DNA of 64,000 bases from Podarcis bocagei. Its lineage: Eukaryota. The notes below the pieces were generated by a model. That model was given only the letters and a program-made list of their open reading frames with translations, made no database searches and was not told where the DNA came from. The stretch is taken from the NCBI GenBank assembly GCA_964188305.1, contig OZ076889.1. The stretch is one strand, 5' to 3'. Of this stretch, positions 50,060 to 62,774 are shown one piece after another; positions within the stretch are counted from its first letter, which is position 1; each line of letters starts with the position of its first letter. The translations under genes were made by a program, and so were the position numbers.

Positions 50060-51639
50060 GAGGAGATACTTTTAATACTTTGATAAGAATATAAAGCTGT
50101 TGCCGTGTTTCGGTGATGGGAATTCTGCTGATAAGAATAGGAGAAAGACCAAAACAAGATTCTTCAGAGCAGTTTAAAAAAAAAAAGGAAAAAGGAAAAG
50201 GTAATTTTGCAACTCTAACAGACAAAGATCATGCTGAGTCTGCGGTTAGAGAAACCACCAGCACCCTTCATCGTGTCCGACCTGGCAGGGTTGAGTCAAT
50301 CTGTCTGGAACACTCTTAACAGCTAAAGGGCCTGAGGGGTGGGAATGGATCTTTCTCCTTTAGTGCACAACCTTGTAGTATCAAGTCTGTTTGACTTGGG
50401 AAGCTAAGCTGGCTTTCTGGAATGGAAAATCCTCTTAGTTTTATTATGACAGGAAACTCTTAAAAACCTTTAAAGCACTGTCCGCTCCTCCCCTCCCCCC
50501 AAGTTGGCACGCCTTTACTTGGAAAGCTTTAATGAGAGAACAACCCTCAAATAGATAGCTTTATATAATTATGCAGGTGCTCATTAAAAAATGTCTTGTT
50601 TCTCCCTCTGCCCAGCTGGTTTCCTTTCTCTTTGTCCCACTGGAGACTTTTATCCAATCATGTATACAGTAGCAACACTTGTAGAGCTGAGGTTGAAGAT
50701 GCTGAAAAGCAATAAAGAGAAGTCCCTGAATGATCCTTCAACCCCCTCCCCCTGCTTTTTCCTTTGCCTCTTATTTTCACCTTGCAGTCTGAGTAGGCAA
50801 TACTTCTATCTGTGTGTCGTATGAGTCAGAAAAAAAGGAACATTGTGTCTCCACTGGGGCAGAGATAGGATGGCCTTTCTTGTCCGGCGAGTTCGTAATT
50901 ATGTGATTCGGAATGTAAATTGTATGGATGTATTACGAACTCAGGCCTGGATTCCCACAGAAATTCTCCTCCAGCTTGGAATGTAAAGCGAGGTTCTGTA
51001 CATAAACTTCTGGTAAGTTACTAAATGTGCATTTACAGATTGTTATTATTAGTGCATTTCAAGGTAGAAAATAACACCTCTGGGAATTTAGGCTCAGTTT
51101 GTAATGCCTCCAAATTCTAGGGTTTCCATGTCGCAAACCAGAGATCTGTCTGGTGCAGCTCAGAGTGTCTTTTAAGATTTCCTGATGTATCAAGAGTTGG
51201 AGTGGGTGTACTCTCTCCTGTCTGTTCCTTGCCCAGTCCAGACATTTCTTCCCTTGCTCATATCCCAATTTGCCTGCTGTAACAAGCCGGACTCAAGGTG
51301 TGGCACACTGCAAACGGAGAGGTGAATTGATGACAAGGTCAGAAGGAAGAGCTGGCTGAGATAAAATACTAAGGGTTCAGGGCAGATATTTTGGCTGCAC
51401 CCAGGCTGCTCAAACCATTGTACCCAACAGTGGCCTTTATACTTGCAGATTTGTCAATTGCCATGCAGATTTCCCATGTTAATTCCACATATCTCTCTAC
51501 CTTCTGGTTTACTTTGATCATTTTCTTGTGATAGGGAACATAGAAAGAAAATGCCCTTGGCCACGGACAGTTGAACTATAGCAATGAAAACAATAGGTTG
51601 CATATCTCACCTGTTTTCCAATTAAAAGGGTGGGCTACT

Positions 51640-51915
51640 TTCCCAGGTTGATGAGACCCATTTGCCCCTCTACAGCATGTGCAGAAACCGCCTTCTTGAC
51701 TCTTGGACCCACTGTTGGTCTTGTCCATTCAACCCACTGGAGTCTGTCTATTTGCATGCAGGGAAAGCCACTAACTCACAGAGGGTTTGAGACCCATTGG
51801 CTGCCCTCACCCGGTTTAGTCTGCTAGTCAAAGCCGTTTTCTGGGGTGTGGCTGCTGTTGCATGCTGGCAGCTTCCAGGAGCCACAGCTGAGAGCTGAGT
51901 GCAGGGCGGGAACAA
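51640..51915 (-). mobile_element. Probable RTE-type 5' UTR fragment
   Basis: gagggtttgagacccattggctgccctcacccggtttag resembles 5' regions of vertebrate RTE elements (from memory only). Confidence 0.4.
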
Positions 51916-52095
51916 AAGTGCCCATACATATTTTGGATGAACAATAATATGTTAGGTTTTTTTTATTTTGCTCTTTGAATGGTCATTGCTGAAGTTCTAC
52001 GAGAAGTCAAAAGTCACAATTTTCTACTGGATAATAGAAATTGGTAGTCTGGGATGGCGTTATGCCTTGAGACATTTGTGTGGAAGGCAATTAAT

Positions 52096-52124
52096 AAATA
52101 ATAATGATGATGATGATGATGATG

Positions 52125-52183
<59 letters not shown>
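52096..52183. repeat. (GAT)n(AAT)n compound trinucleotide microsatellite
   Basis: Read directly. Confidence 0.95.
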
Positions 52184-52184
<1 letters not shown>

Positions 52185-53625
52185 TTGCATCCTTAAAAAC
52201 TGTGTGTGTTTGTATGGGGGTGAAGAGAGAAGCCCCTGCCTCTCAATATGTTTAAAATTAACTCTGGTTATTGTTTTTATATATATATATCTATATATAA
52301 GCACCATATTCACAAAAAATAGACCTCAGAGAATTTTATTCTTGCACATTTTCATTTTATTTTAAAGTATGGAGCAGTTTTAAACTACAAAGTTATAAGC
52401 CCAGAGGGAAGCTTTGAGGGTTAAAATATATATTTTGCCCATCACTTTTTCTGACCCCAGTGTGGCCCTATAAATATTTGCATGGGAGTTTAAGTTCCTC
52501 TTTTTGATTATGAGTTGGGGGAGCAGGCGGGGTTGTTTCAGAAGGGTGACTGGGGTTATTTTAAAGTGGAAAAATGTAACTTTAGTTCCATGATCTGTTA
52601 AGTACATGGAGTAATAAATGTTTATTTGAGGCTGGGAGAACCTAAGCTAGTAGTGGTTGGCTGTTTCCTTTTGGAGGAAACTATAAATTCACCCACTTGT
52701 GTTTTAACTACATTACCACTGGGGCCCCTAATTACCCTCATGCATATAATAAGCTGCAGTGGAGGGGAACTTGGATTTTTTTTATAAAAAATTTATTTAG
52801 CATCGTTCTGTAACTAACCTAGAGCACTAGACGAGAATCTTATTTCACCAGTAATTCTTAAATGTCTTGGTTATTGCAGGCCACTGTGGTGGTTTGCTAG
52901 TATATGGACCACCAAAACTGTTGCCTTTTCACCTGAAGAACGGAATAAAAAACTGCTGAATCAGATCAAGGGCCCATCTCATCTAACATTTTGTCCCACG
53001 AGCAGGAAATGAGGACAACAGCTTCCTCCTACTGTTGTTCCTCAGAAACTGGTATTCAGGGTGTTCTGGGAGTGTCATGCCTGGTAGCCTTTGGTAGCTT
53101 TGTCTTCCATGAGTTTACCCTAACCCCCTTTTAAAATGATAATTTTCTTTTCTCTCTCCTGAATCTTCCACCATTCAGTTCCACTGAATGACCCTGGGTT
53201 CTAATATTACGACAGAAGGAGGAAAATGGCTGTCTGTCCGCTCGCTTCACACGCATGCATAATTTTACACACCTCTATCAGATACCTCCTTTTCTTCGTT
53301 TTATCCAGAGCTTTTCCTCATGGGGGAGTTGCCCAAGCCCCTTCATTTTGGTTGCTTTTCCCCCCTACCCCCCCCAGCTTTAGGGGGATACTTTCTGAGG
53401 TGTGGTCAACAGGCTTTTATTCCATGTAGCGTTAAGTAACTTCCCCGTCGGTGTAAGGATTTCCTCTTGCAGAACAGGACTCCTCCTGTGCAGCTTGTAT
53501 CCTCCCCACATTTGCTTGGGAGAACCCCCAGAAGAGATTTAGGGGGCACTTGGGGAGAGGAGAGAGGGGAAACTCCCATTGCACCAGTGGAAATCTTTGT
53601 GGTGATGGGACAGTTACTTAGCACT

Positions 53626-53973
53626 ACAAAAGGGGCCTTCTGCTGATCAGAAGGTCGGCGGTTCGAATCCCCACGATGGAGTGAGCTCCCGTCGCTCTGT
53701 CCCAGCTCCTACAACCTAGCAGTACAAAAGCATGCCAGCATGAGTAGATAAATAGGTACTGCTGTGGTGGGAAGGTAAACAGCATTTCCATGTGCTCTGG
53801 TTTCCATCAAGGTGTTCCATTGTGCCAGAAGCGGTTTAGTCATGCTGGCCACATGACCCGGAAAGCTGTCTGTGGACAAACGTCGACTCCCTCAGCCTGA
53901 AAGCGAGATGAGCGCCACAACCCACTAGTCACCTTTGCCTGGACTTAACCATCCCAGGGTCCTTTATCTTACC
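53626..53973 (+). mobile_element. Sauria SINE, 5' end shortened, 12-bp TSD
   Basis: ggttcgaatcc B box and gtcatgctggccacatgacccgg core; TSD ttacttagcact at 53614-53625 and 53974-53985. Confidence 0.9.
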
Positions 53974-54202
53974 TTACTTAGCACTCTGTTGGATACAAGC
54001 CAATATTCCATGTGTGGTACAATGTAGAGTTGTAGAGGGGTCTTGTAGTTATTTCTGCTATCCCTTTCCTAATGATCCCTAGCATTGAATTCAGGTCTTT
54101 TCATCTTTCATATGGGAGGCTGGTGGTTCTGGGGCTCCATTTATCTATACAGCTGCCAGATGATGTTGGGCAAAAACTCCCATCTAGTTACCAGACAGGA
54201 GA

Positions 54203-54400
54203 TTCTGACTAAACACCAGGAAGAGCTTTCTGACACCAAGAGATGTTCGACAGTGGAACAGACTCCCACAAGAGGTGGTGGACTCTCCTCCTTCAGAGGT
54301 TGGGTGGCCATCTGTCACGTATGATTTCGTTGAGATTCCTGCATTGGAGGGGTTTGGACTAGATAACCCCCGGGATCTGTTCCAACTCTGCAATTGTATG
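54203..54400 (+). mobile_element. CR1 3' fragment
   Basis: gagattc...aggaagagctttctgac...cagtggaacagactccc...gagattcctgcattggaggggtttggactagat. Confidence 0.8.
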
Positions 54401-54491
54401 ATCCTTCTTGACCCTTTGTTGGGCTGGTTGGAGTGGCTGGGAGCTGCGGTCCAAAATATTTGAAGGCCACCAAATTGTGGAAGGTGTGTGT

Positions 54492-55528
54492 AAAGGGTGC
54501 TCATCAATGGTTCCTCTTCATCCTGGAGAAGAGTGACTAGTGGGGTGCCACAGGGTTCTGTCTTGGGCCCGGTCTTATTTAACATCTTTATCAATGACTT
54601 GGATGATGGACTCAAGGGCATCCTGATCAAATTTGCAGATGACACCAAACTGGGAGGGGTGGCTAACACCCCAGAGGACAGGATCACACTTCAAAACGAC
54701 CTTGACAGATTAGAGAACTGGGCAAAAACAAACAAAATGAATTTTAACAGGGAGAAATGTAAAGTATTGCACTTGGGCAAAAAAAATGAGAGGCACAAAT
54801 ACAAGATGGGTGACACCTGGCTTGAGAGCAGTACATGTGAAAAGGATCTAGGAGTCTTGGTTGACCACAAACTTGACATGAGCCAACAGTGTGACGCGGC
54901 AGCTAAAAAAGCCAATGCAATTCTGGGCTGCATCAATAGGAGTATAGCATCTAGATCAAGGGAAGTAATAGTGCCACTGTATTCTGCTCTGGTCAGACCA
55001 CACCTGGAGTACTGTGTCCAGTTCTGGGCACCACAATTCAAGAAGGACACTGACAAACTGGAACGTGTCCAGAGGAGGGCAACCAAAATGGTCAAAGGCC
55101 TGGAAACGATGCCTTATGAGGAACGGCTAAGGGAGCTGGGCATGTTTAGCCTGGAGAAGAGGAGGTTAAGGGGTGATATGATAGCCATGTTCAAATATAT
55201 AAAAGGATGTCACATAGAGGAGGGAGAAAGGTTGTTTTCTGCTGCTCCAGAGAAGCGGACACGGAGCAATGGATCCAAACTACAAGAAAGAAGATTCCAC
55301 CTAAACATTAGGAAGAACTTCCTGACAGTAAGAGCTGTTCGACAGTGGAATTTGCTGCCAAGGAGTGTGGTGGAGTCTCCTACTTTGGAGGTCTTTAAGC
55401 AGAGGCTTGACAACCATATGTCAGGAGTGCTCTGATGGTGTTTCCTGCTTGGCAGGGGGTTGGACTCGATGGCCCTTGTGGTCTCTTCCAACTCTGTGAT
55501 TCTATGATTCTATGATTCTATGATTCTA
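54492..55528 (+). mobile_element. CR1 LINE, 5'-truncated, young (uninterrupted 312-codon RT C-terminal frame)
   Basis: [11 protein letters not shown]...FINDLD...KFADDTKL...[15 protein letters not shown]...RLRGDMI; 3' UTR ends in (ATTCTATG)n octamer repeats. Confidence 0.96.
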
Positions 55529-55561
55529 AATGATAATTAAAAATGCAGATAGTAGGGAATA

Positions 55562-55774
55562 CAGTGGACGCTTGGGTTGCGAATGTGATCCGTGCGGGAT
55601 GCATGTTCGCAACCTGCAGTGTTTGCAACCCGCGTCTGCGCATGTGCAGGTTGCGATTCGGCTCATGCGCAACTGCCGAAACCTGGAAGTAACCCGTTCC
55701 GGTACTTCTGGGTTTCGGAGGTCCGCAACCCGAAAAAACACAACCTGAAGCGTCTGTAACCCGAAGTATGACTG
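55562..55774. mobile_element. Tc1/mariner MITE
   Basis: TA|cagtggacgcttgggtt...aacccgaagtatgactg|TA; right end resembles the 26911/44007 family. Confidence 0.78.
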
Positions 55775-55788
55775 TAAGAAGTTTCAGT

Positions 55789-56508
55789 TACAGATAGGTA
55801 GCCGTGTTGGTCTGCCATAGTCAAAATAAAAAAATTCCTTCCAGTAGCACCTTAAAGACCAACTAAGTTAGTTCTTGGTATGAGCTTTCGTGTGCATGCA
55901 CACTTCTTCAGATACACTGAAACAGAAGTTGCCAGATCCTTCTATATAGTGAGAAGGTGGGGAGGGGTATTACTCAGAAGGGTGGTGGGAATGGGAGATT
56001 GGCAGATGAGCCTGTTGACGACTCTTAACGACTGCAATAGGTCTTACAGGAAAAGGCAAGGGGTGAGAAGGTGAGAAATGGCTTAGTATAATGAGATAAG
56101 AATCCAATGTCTTTGTTCAGACCAGGTCTCTCCATGGTTTTAAGTTTGGTAATGAGTTGCAATTCAGCAGCTTCTCTTTCCAGTCTATTTCTGAAATTCC
56201 TTTGTAGTAAAACAGCTACTTTGAGATCTTGTATAGAATGTCCTGGGAGATTGAAGTGTTCTCCTACTGGTTTCTCTGTTTTGTGATTCTTGATATCAGA
56301 TTTATGTCCGTTTATTCTTTGGCGTAAGGTTTGGCCTGTTTGTCCAATATAGAGAGCTGAAGGACACTGTTGGCATTTGATGGCATACACAATGTTAGAC
56401 GATGAGCAATTAAATAGTCCCGAGATGGTATGTGTGATGCTGTTGGGGCCAGTAATGGTGTTGTCCGGGTGTATGTGGCAGCAAAGTTGGCATCTGGGTT
56501 TATTGCAG
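55789..56508 (-). mobile_element. Penelope-like retroelement, 5'-truncated, with GIY-YIG endonuclease C-terminus and 3' pLTR region
   Basis: Minus strand reads CNKPRCQLCCHIHPDNTITGP...FNCSSSNIVYAIKCQQCPSALYIGQTGQTLRQRINGHKSDI...VGEHFNLPGHS...REAAE...LKTMERPGLNKD, a PLE-type GIY-YIG domain. A hammerhead motif lies downstream. Confidence 0.92.
55878..55915 (-). ncRNA. Minimal type I hammerhead ribozyme within the Penelope-like element
   Basis: Minus strand GUAU-CUGAAGA-A-GUGUGCAUGCACAC-GAAA-GC-UC-AUAC: stem I GUAU/AUAC, core CUGANGA and GAAA, palindromic stem II, stem III reduced to self-complementary AGCU, UC cleavage site. Confidence 0.82.
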
Positions 56509-58083
56509 CCTTTCTATACCAGCCTTTGTGTTTCATCTCTCCCTACCTGAGTCTTGCCATTTTATCCTGAGCACGGATTCTAATTGCACGCCTCCCAGAC
56601 GCTTTTGGATTCGGATGAGAGAGTCAAATTGCGCATGACGCAAGAGACCTGTGATTAGCCTCCTTGGGTGTGTTTGTTGCACTCAAATACATTCATAGAG
56701 GGTTCTGAATTCATGGGAAGAGCATGTGTGCAAGTTATTCTCTGTTCTTTTTTACCAGTCAAAATCACTCTCCTACCTGCAAAAGGAAAAAGACACAGGC
56801 TCCACATCCCCCCCCCCCTTGGAGGGGGGAAGAAAGCAGCTGGAGAATAATTTATTCTGATTAGAAAAACAGTTCTAATTCCCTTGGGCTTCAGTAGATT
56901 CACAGACCTCTGTTGGCGCAGTTGAGGGGTGTTGGGTAATCCTCTTCCCTCCTCAGCTGCTCTTCCTTTTATGCCATGTCTTTTAGATTGTAAGCCTTCA
57001 GGCGCAGGGACTCTTTTGTTTCAGTTGGTTGTGCATTAGCATTAGGCCTTTTTTTGGCTGAAGAGTGGATGAAAGCTGTTCCAAGTAAATAACTGGGAGA
57101 TTAATCATGAGTTTCTCACATCACATATAGTTTGAAGCTGCAAAGACAGAAAAATACTATGAACTTGAGAAATAACAACAGAGCAGGTGTTTCAGAGGTT
57201 GACAGGGAAAAGGCATGGGAATTATATTAAGAAACTTTTGCGGGATAAAGAGCTTTGTTTTCCCAAGACAACCATCTAGTCAACAGCAATCTAGTCAACA
57301 TTCCAGCGATAGCAATAAGCCATTAGAAGATTCCATCACCTAATCTCTTTCCTTTAAGTGTTGCCAGTTGATGGATGTATGGGTTCTATATGCTTGTGCT
57401 TTTGAAGGACTTTTATTCTGAACTCAAGATGTGGATCTTATGGTATTAAGGGAAACAGAACAATCCTTTATTTAGCTGCACCTGCACCTTAATGCCTAAT
57501 GAGTTTAGTTTGATGGAATCCAGACCTCAGGAAGGATTATAAATTCTCATTTGATTTCATTTACTTCTGAAATACCTTAAACCAGCTGTACCAGCCTGCA
57601 ATCCAGTTAGCTCTTCAAGACTTTTTCTTCTTCTTTTTTTGCAAAGGCCTGTGAGCCTGTTGCATTTGTAACTTTAACTTTCTAATGCGCACACAGTAAT
57701 AAAGAACAGGAGGCAGGTTTGAGAAGGGGAGGGGGAATCTACTGGAAAGATAAATTTCAACTTGCATGAATTTGAAAACAATCACCTTAAGAGCAAAAGT
57801 CTGCCTGCCCTCCCCCATCATATTAAGCATGAAAGGAAGCATTTGACAAAAAAATAAAGGAACACACCGTCAGACTTGTTCCAAGCCTTTGAAAAATTAG
57901 AGGAAGTGAATTTTTATGGGTGACGTTTGAATTGCCTTTGAGCTTCTCTCACATGGTTCATGTGCATGAATTTCTGGCGGTTCTTAATGTGGAAGAGGGA
58001 CTTTTCTTGAGTGTTGATCAGTTTCCTGACCATTCTATGTTTTAATTTTGTACTTCAAACCAGTTGAAGCAAACTCACTCAAA

Positions 58084-58241
58084 TAGGGTTACCATATTTC
58101 CAAAAGTAAAATTAATGACACCCGCAAATTTGTTGAGCTTTTGGGGAAAAACTCTCCCCCCCCAATAGTGATTTTTTAACGCCATTTTTACACCCGAAAA
58201 CCAGGACATTTCGGGATTTTTCCTGATGTATGGCAAGCCTA
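58084..58241. mobile_element. hAT MITE
   Basis: TIRs tagggttaccata / tatggcaagccta; perfect TSD cactcaaa at 58076-58083 and 58242-58249. Confidence 0.85.
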
Positions 58242-58323
58242 CACTCAAAAACCACCAACAACACAGCTCTCCTTTTAAGGCTGTAATCTTTTATGCACTA
58301 ACAGGTTAGTTTCTTTTGCAGTG

Positions 58324-58519
58324 GTCACATCCATACTATACATTTAAAGCACACTTATGACACATTGACTGTCATGGCCTTCCCCAGAGAACCCTGATAA
58401 TCGTATCTGACCCTCACAAATCTACAGTGCCTGGAACCTTCAATAAAATGCAGTTCCCAGATTCTTTGGGAAAAGCCATGTTATTTAAATGTGCTTTAAA
58501 TGTTTGGTGTGGATGTGAC
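58324..58519. mobile_element. Palindromic MITE; relatives near 2335-2485, 17870-18000 and 29690-29860
   Basis: Terminal IR gtcacatcca / tggatgtgac, with catttaaagcaca / tgtgctttaaatg and a shared aactacagttcccag-like core. Confidence 0.7.
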
Positions 58520-61500
58520 TAGTGTTGCTGCTGCTGCTGTTGTTTAAAAGAAAGGAAGGGCAAAGGGGGACACAGATTTACAGAAAACAGGCATATGCTA
58601 ATTGGTGCAAATTTAGGAATAATTTGTATAATTTAAATGAAAATATCATAGGTCTCACTTTATTATTATTCTTTATTATTATTATTATTTAGTGGGGAGT
58701 ACTGTGACCAGGTCTATTGTCAAGATGTTGATGGGCATTTTCATGGCCCCTAGTCTTCAACGTTAGGTTTTATAAATATCTTTAAACCAGACTTGGACAG
58801 GACACAGCCCTTCAAAGAGGGGACTTTCCTCTGTAATGTAGGAGTCAAGGCCACCCAACATGGTTAAACAGGGAGTAAGTTCCATTGGATTTCTTCTGAG
58901 TAGGGATGCATAGGATTCAGTTGAACATATCCTGTTAAAATGCTTGATGGCCCCAGCTGTACTTTATATATCCCCATCTTCTCTTTCTGACCAAAATGAC
59001 ACATTAGATATAGTTTTGTATAGCAAAGTTGCATAAAACGAAGCACTGAACAGGTATGTACACAGCTGCATCTCTTGACAGTCTTCATTTTCCACCCGTA
59101 GCATTGGCATGGCAAAGGAGCCCCATCTCTTGTGAGAGCTGGCAACCTCAAGACCAATTTGTTCTTCCCCATCTGTATCACATTGGTTCTGTTAGGCAGT
59201 GGTGTTTTCTAGTGTTCTTCAACCTTGCCTTCCCAGATATTATTGAACTACAACTCCCATCATCCCTGACCATTGGCTAAGCTGGCTGGGGCTGATGGGA
59301 ACTGGTGTCCAACAACATCTGGGAGCCCAAGGTTAAAGGACACTGCTTTAGATTCAATTGCGTTGCTGCTTCTGAAGGACAGTAGCACAATGCAGCAACA
59401 ACAAATTTAAAGAAATTTAAGTCCACATGACAACCCCAGGAGGAACAAAACCATTAAATGACACCACATAACCACAAAGACAACAAACTAACTTTGGAAA
59501 CTCCCCCCCCCCCTAAAACTGAACCCTTACAGACATGGCTAAATATGGCTTAAGGGAAATAGCAAATTCCCTCAAACACAGCACCAACGACGACAAGCGG
59601 AAAATGAGCAAAAATTATTCCACACGCCAAAATCTACACCCCAAGGCACTTAAGTCTCTCTCACACACACACTGCATGCATACACACAGAAACAAGATTG
59701 TGGTTACCTCTTCCAGATTAATATAATGCTTAAACTTCTCCAATGTGGGCAGCAACTGCCAACAATCCTCCAGTCTATCATTGAAAAGCTTCATTTGTTC
59801 CCCTGAAACGCCTTGCAGTAAAACCCTTTCAGGCAGTCTTGACTCTTTCTACAATTAAAAGGCCTTTCCTAACCTCCAGTTAAAAAAAGCATTTCTAGAA
59901 CTCATGATATTCCTTTATCATCGTTTTCCTCTTCGCTTGTCTGATTGCTGTTTTGTTTCTGTCTTAAAATGAAGTGCTTAAACCTGGAGGAGACATTTTC
60001 TTTGCTGCAGGATGCCACTCAGTGCAGCTTGGCCAAACCAACAACCTGGAGCTGGGTATGCGTGGTTCCATCTTCAGTTGTGCTTGCAATTCTTTTCAGT
60101 TTGCTTTATCTGCCCTAACATCTAGCATCTGATGCCTTCCTCTTATTCATACGAATGTCATCCAACTCAAACTTTTAATAGAGGTTCTGACTTTCTGAGT
60201 AACAGATGGAATAGCAGGATGTGGTCCTTTCCAACCTTATGCAATCTCATCACTTCCTGTAGCTTCAGGAAGGTTCTTAGTTCCTGGGTGATGGAACAAG
60301 GTCCTTCTGGGTGTAAGCTTGGAAAGGCATGTCTTCCATGGCTACCTCAAGCTCGCACAGACTAATTTTCTGGAGTTGGATTCCGTCTGAGACGAACACG
60401 CGACAGCTTGAGAGATAATTAAATGCATCTTCCCTGAGCTCCGACTTCTTGGTGTCTCCACAATGGTACCATTGTTCATGGCACACATGTTGACATTAAA
60501 GTGTTTAATCTTGTACTACAGTATTCAGGTTCTCCCTCCCCCCTCAACATCTGTATATGATAAGAAATGGTTTGTATTAAGAGGATTTGTTGACAAAGTA
60601 ATAGCTAATGCTTATACATGTGTAGATGGAAAATGTCTTCCCCCCATTCCATTCAGCAGGAGGGACGTTCCTTTACTTCCAGTCTGGCTGCAGATGTGAT
60701 ATGCCACATTGCTATTAGAGATTTTTTTAAGAGAAGTCAATTTGTGATGGAAGGAAAAGGAAAGTCTCGGCTCTGTTTCAGGACAGATGATTTGGTTTTC
60801 AACAGCATTATTGTGATGAAAACTTACGCCGTAGGGAGTGGGTCCGGAGCTAGCTTTACACTTGTGAAAAGTGCTTTTGCTTGAATTTTGCACTTGATTT
60901 TCACTGATACGCCCTATATTTACTGCAGTCCTCTGCACATACTGTTCTGGAAGGTCCGCCATCCTACAGCAACAGTTTTTCCGGGGGTGGGGGAGGGAGC
61001 TGCAGCTATTCAGGGGATTGGCAGAAATTCAGTGTCCTGCCGTGTATAAGCAAAAATAATTTCCACCAGCACAAAGCCATGATGGCTGGCGACTAGCAAT
61101 TGGCCCTTGAGGAACGTTGCTTGGTTTTGCTTGACAGTACAAGTCACATTTGCCCTAAGGACGGCAGAAATAAGGCCTGCTTCGCAAGGTAGTGTATTGT
61201 GTTTTGCACACCATGGTGCTAGTGGGATGCCAGTGATGATACTTGAGGAAGGCTGTGTTTTCAAAGCAGGCACGTGGGCTGCAGCAGTGAACCAATTATC
61301 AGATTAATCTACTGGAGACTATGGACGCAGTGTGTTGATTTCCTAGCACAAATTCCCTTGCCCTCTTCCACTAGGCCCACGCCGCACTGTTGGAAGCGCA
61401 GCAGTAGAGGTCATTCTGTTTGTAACTTGAGGGTTAATTCTGTTAGTGTTAAAGTCAACTAGCCAAGGAGGAAGGGTGGATTGAGGTGTTGCTCAGCAAC

Positions 61501-62235
61501 CCGGCAGAGTGGCATGATCTTCATGGCTCTGTCATTCTGAGGATGTTTCTCATCTGTATATTCCAGTGGTTTTCAGCCAGTGTGCTGTGGCACCCTGGGT
61601 TGCCTTGAATGATGGTCAGGGGTCCCGAGGGCAACACTAGCCCCTTTCCTGCTCTGATGCCCTCTTGCGTCTCTGCCTCCCAAAGGCTTGCACAGCTGTT
61701 CGTTGCAGCAGGCCTGGCTACTCTGGGGCTGGTCAGTGGGTGCTGGTTGCCAGGAGCTGAGGTGACCTTGGAGTAAGCAACCAACAACTCTTGGTTTGTG
61801 GCAACTGGCTAAAATGTTTTAAAATGTTTCTAATTTTGGTTCCTCTGTTTTGTTTTTGTTGGGATGGGGTTGGTTAAATGTTTAGTTTGGGGTTGGTGGT
61901 TATTTTAATTTGGGTATAACTGTAAACTGTTCGCTATTGTTGTTACTGATTTATTGGTTGGCTTGTTGCTTGTATAGGATATTTTGTTTTTAAATTTTTG
62001 ATGTTTTGTTGCCTTGATTCAGAGAAAAAGAGGGTAATTCTTACTCCCATGCATTCTGAAAACAATCCTTTTAGGATGTCACATGCTTCTCCACTTTTAA
62101 TTCGGGGAGGAAAATTTGGGAAAACGTTGGCCTACATATTACCACTCCTAGCTGTGTCTGTGCAAATAAATGTTATCCTTCTGCGCATCACCGTCTGCCT
62201 TCCTCTCCTTCATTTGAGGTGCCATCTTCCATTAG

Positions 62236-62370
62236 ATGAGACTCTTAATCTCAGGGTCATGGGTGAAAGCCCTACGCTGGGCAAAAGATTCCTGCATTGC
62301 AGGGGGTTGGACTAGATGACCCTTGTGGTCCCTTCCAACTCTACAGTTCTATGATTCTGTTATTCTATGA
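62236..62370 (+). mobile_element. tRNA-Lys/CR1-tail SINE, 5'-truncated
   Basis: actcttaatctcagggtcatgggt...ttcctgcattgcagggggttggactagatgacc...ttctatgattct. Confidence 0.82.
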
Positions 62371-62774
62371 CACAGAGAGGTATCATCATACCAGGAAAGA
62401 TGCAACACCAGCCCCTTTCACCCTGAAGAAATGGGTTTGTGTGTGAAGAGCAGAACCATACTGACTAGTGACATCCCATTATGTGATGCTCTGACCACGG
62501 CCATGATCTTCGCCAGTTTGGCTGTTTGTGTGCAGGGTCTTCCACACCGTTGAAAACCCTGATTGCTCAAGGTTTCCAGTTGCATGGATGCCACCCCCAC
62601 TCCCGATGTGGATATCTGTACATGTGTAGGAGCCCCTTTATGAGATCAACTGAACACACAGACATCAGATGTGTGGTCAAAAGGGGACACTTGACTTTGG
62701 TGACAGGAATAGAAGGCGCACATCTCCATGCAGTCTGAGTCCCTTCATGAATTGATGTGGTGAACATTGAATTA

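Noticed and set aside
51968-52313. Poly-N/D and poly-Y/H ORFs
   Set aside because: Translations of a trinucleotide microsatellite.
54497-55435. Host reverse transcriptase gene
   Set aside because: A 5'-truncated CR1 ORF2 with no true start, promoter or endonuclease.
56025-56390. Stand-alone GIY-YIG nuclease gene
   Set aside because: It is the C-terminal part of a truncated Penelope ORF.
59395-59950. Possible minus-strand exon or LINE fragment
   Set aside because: Compositionally distinct, but I could not assign any motif or family.
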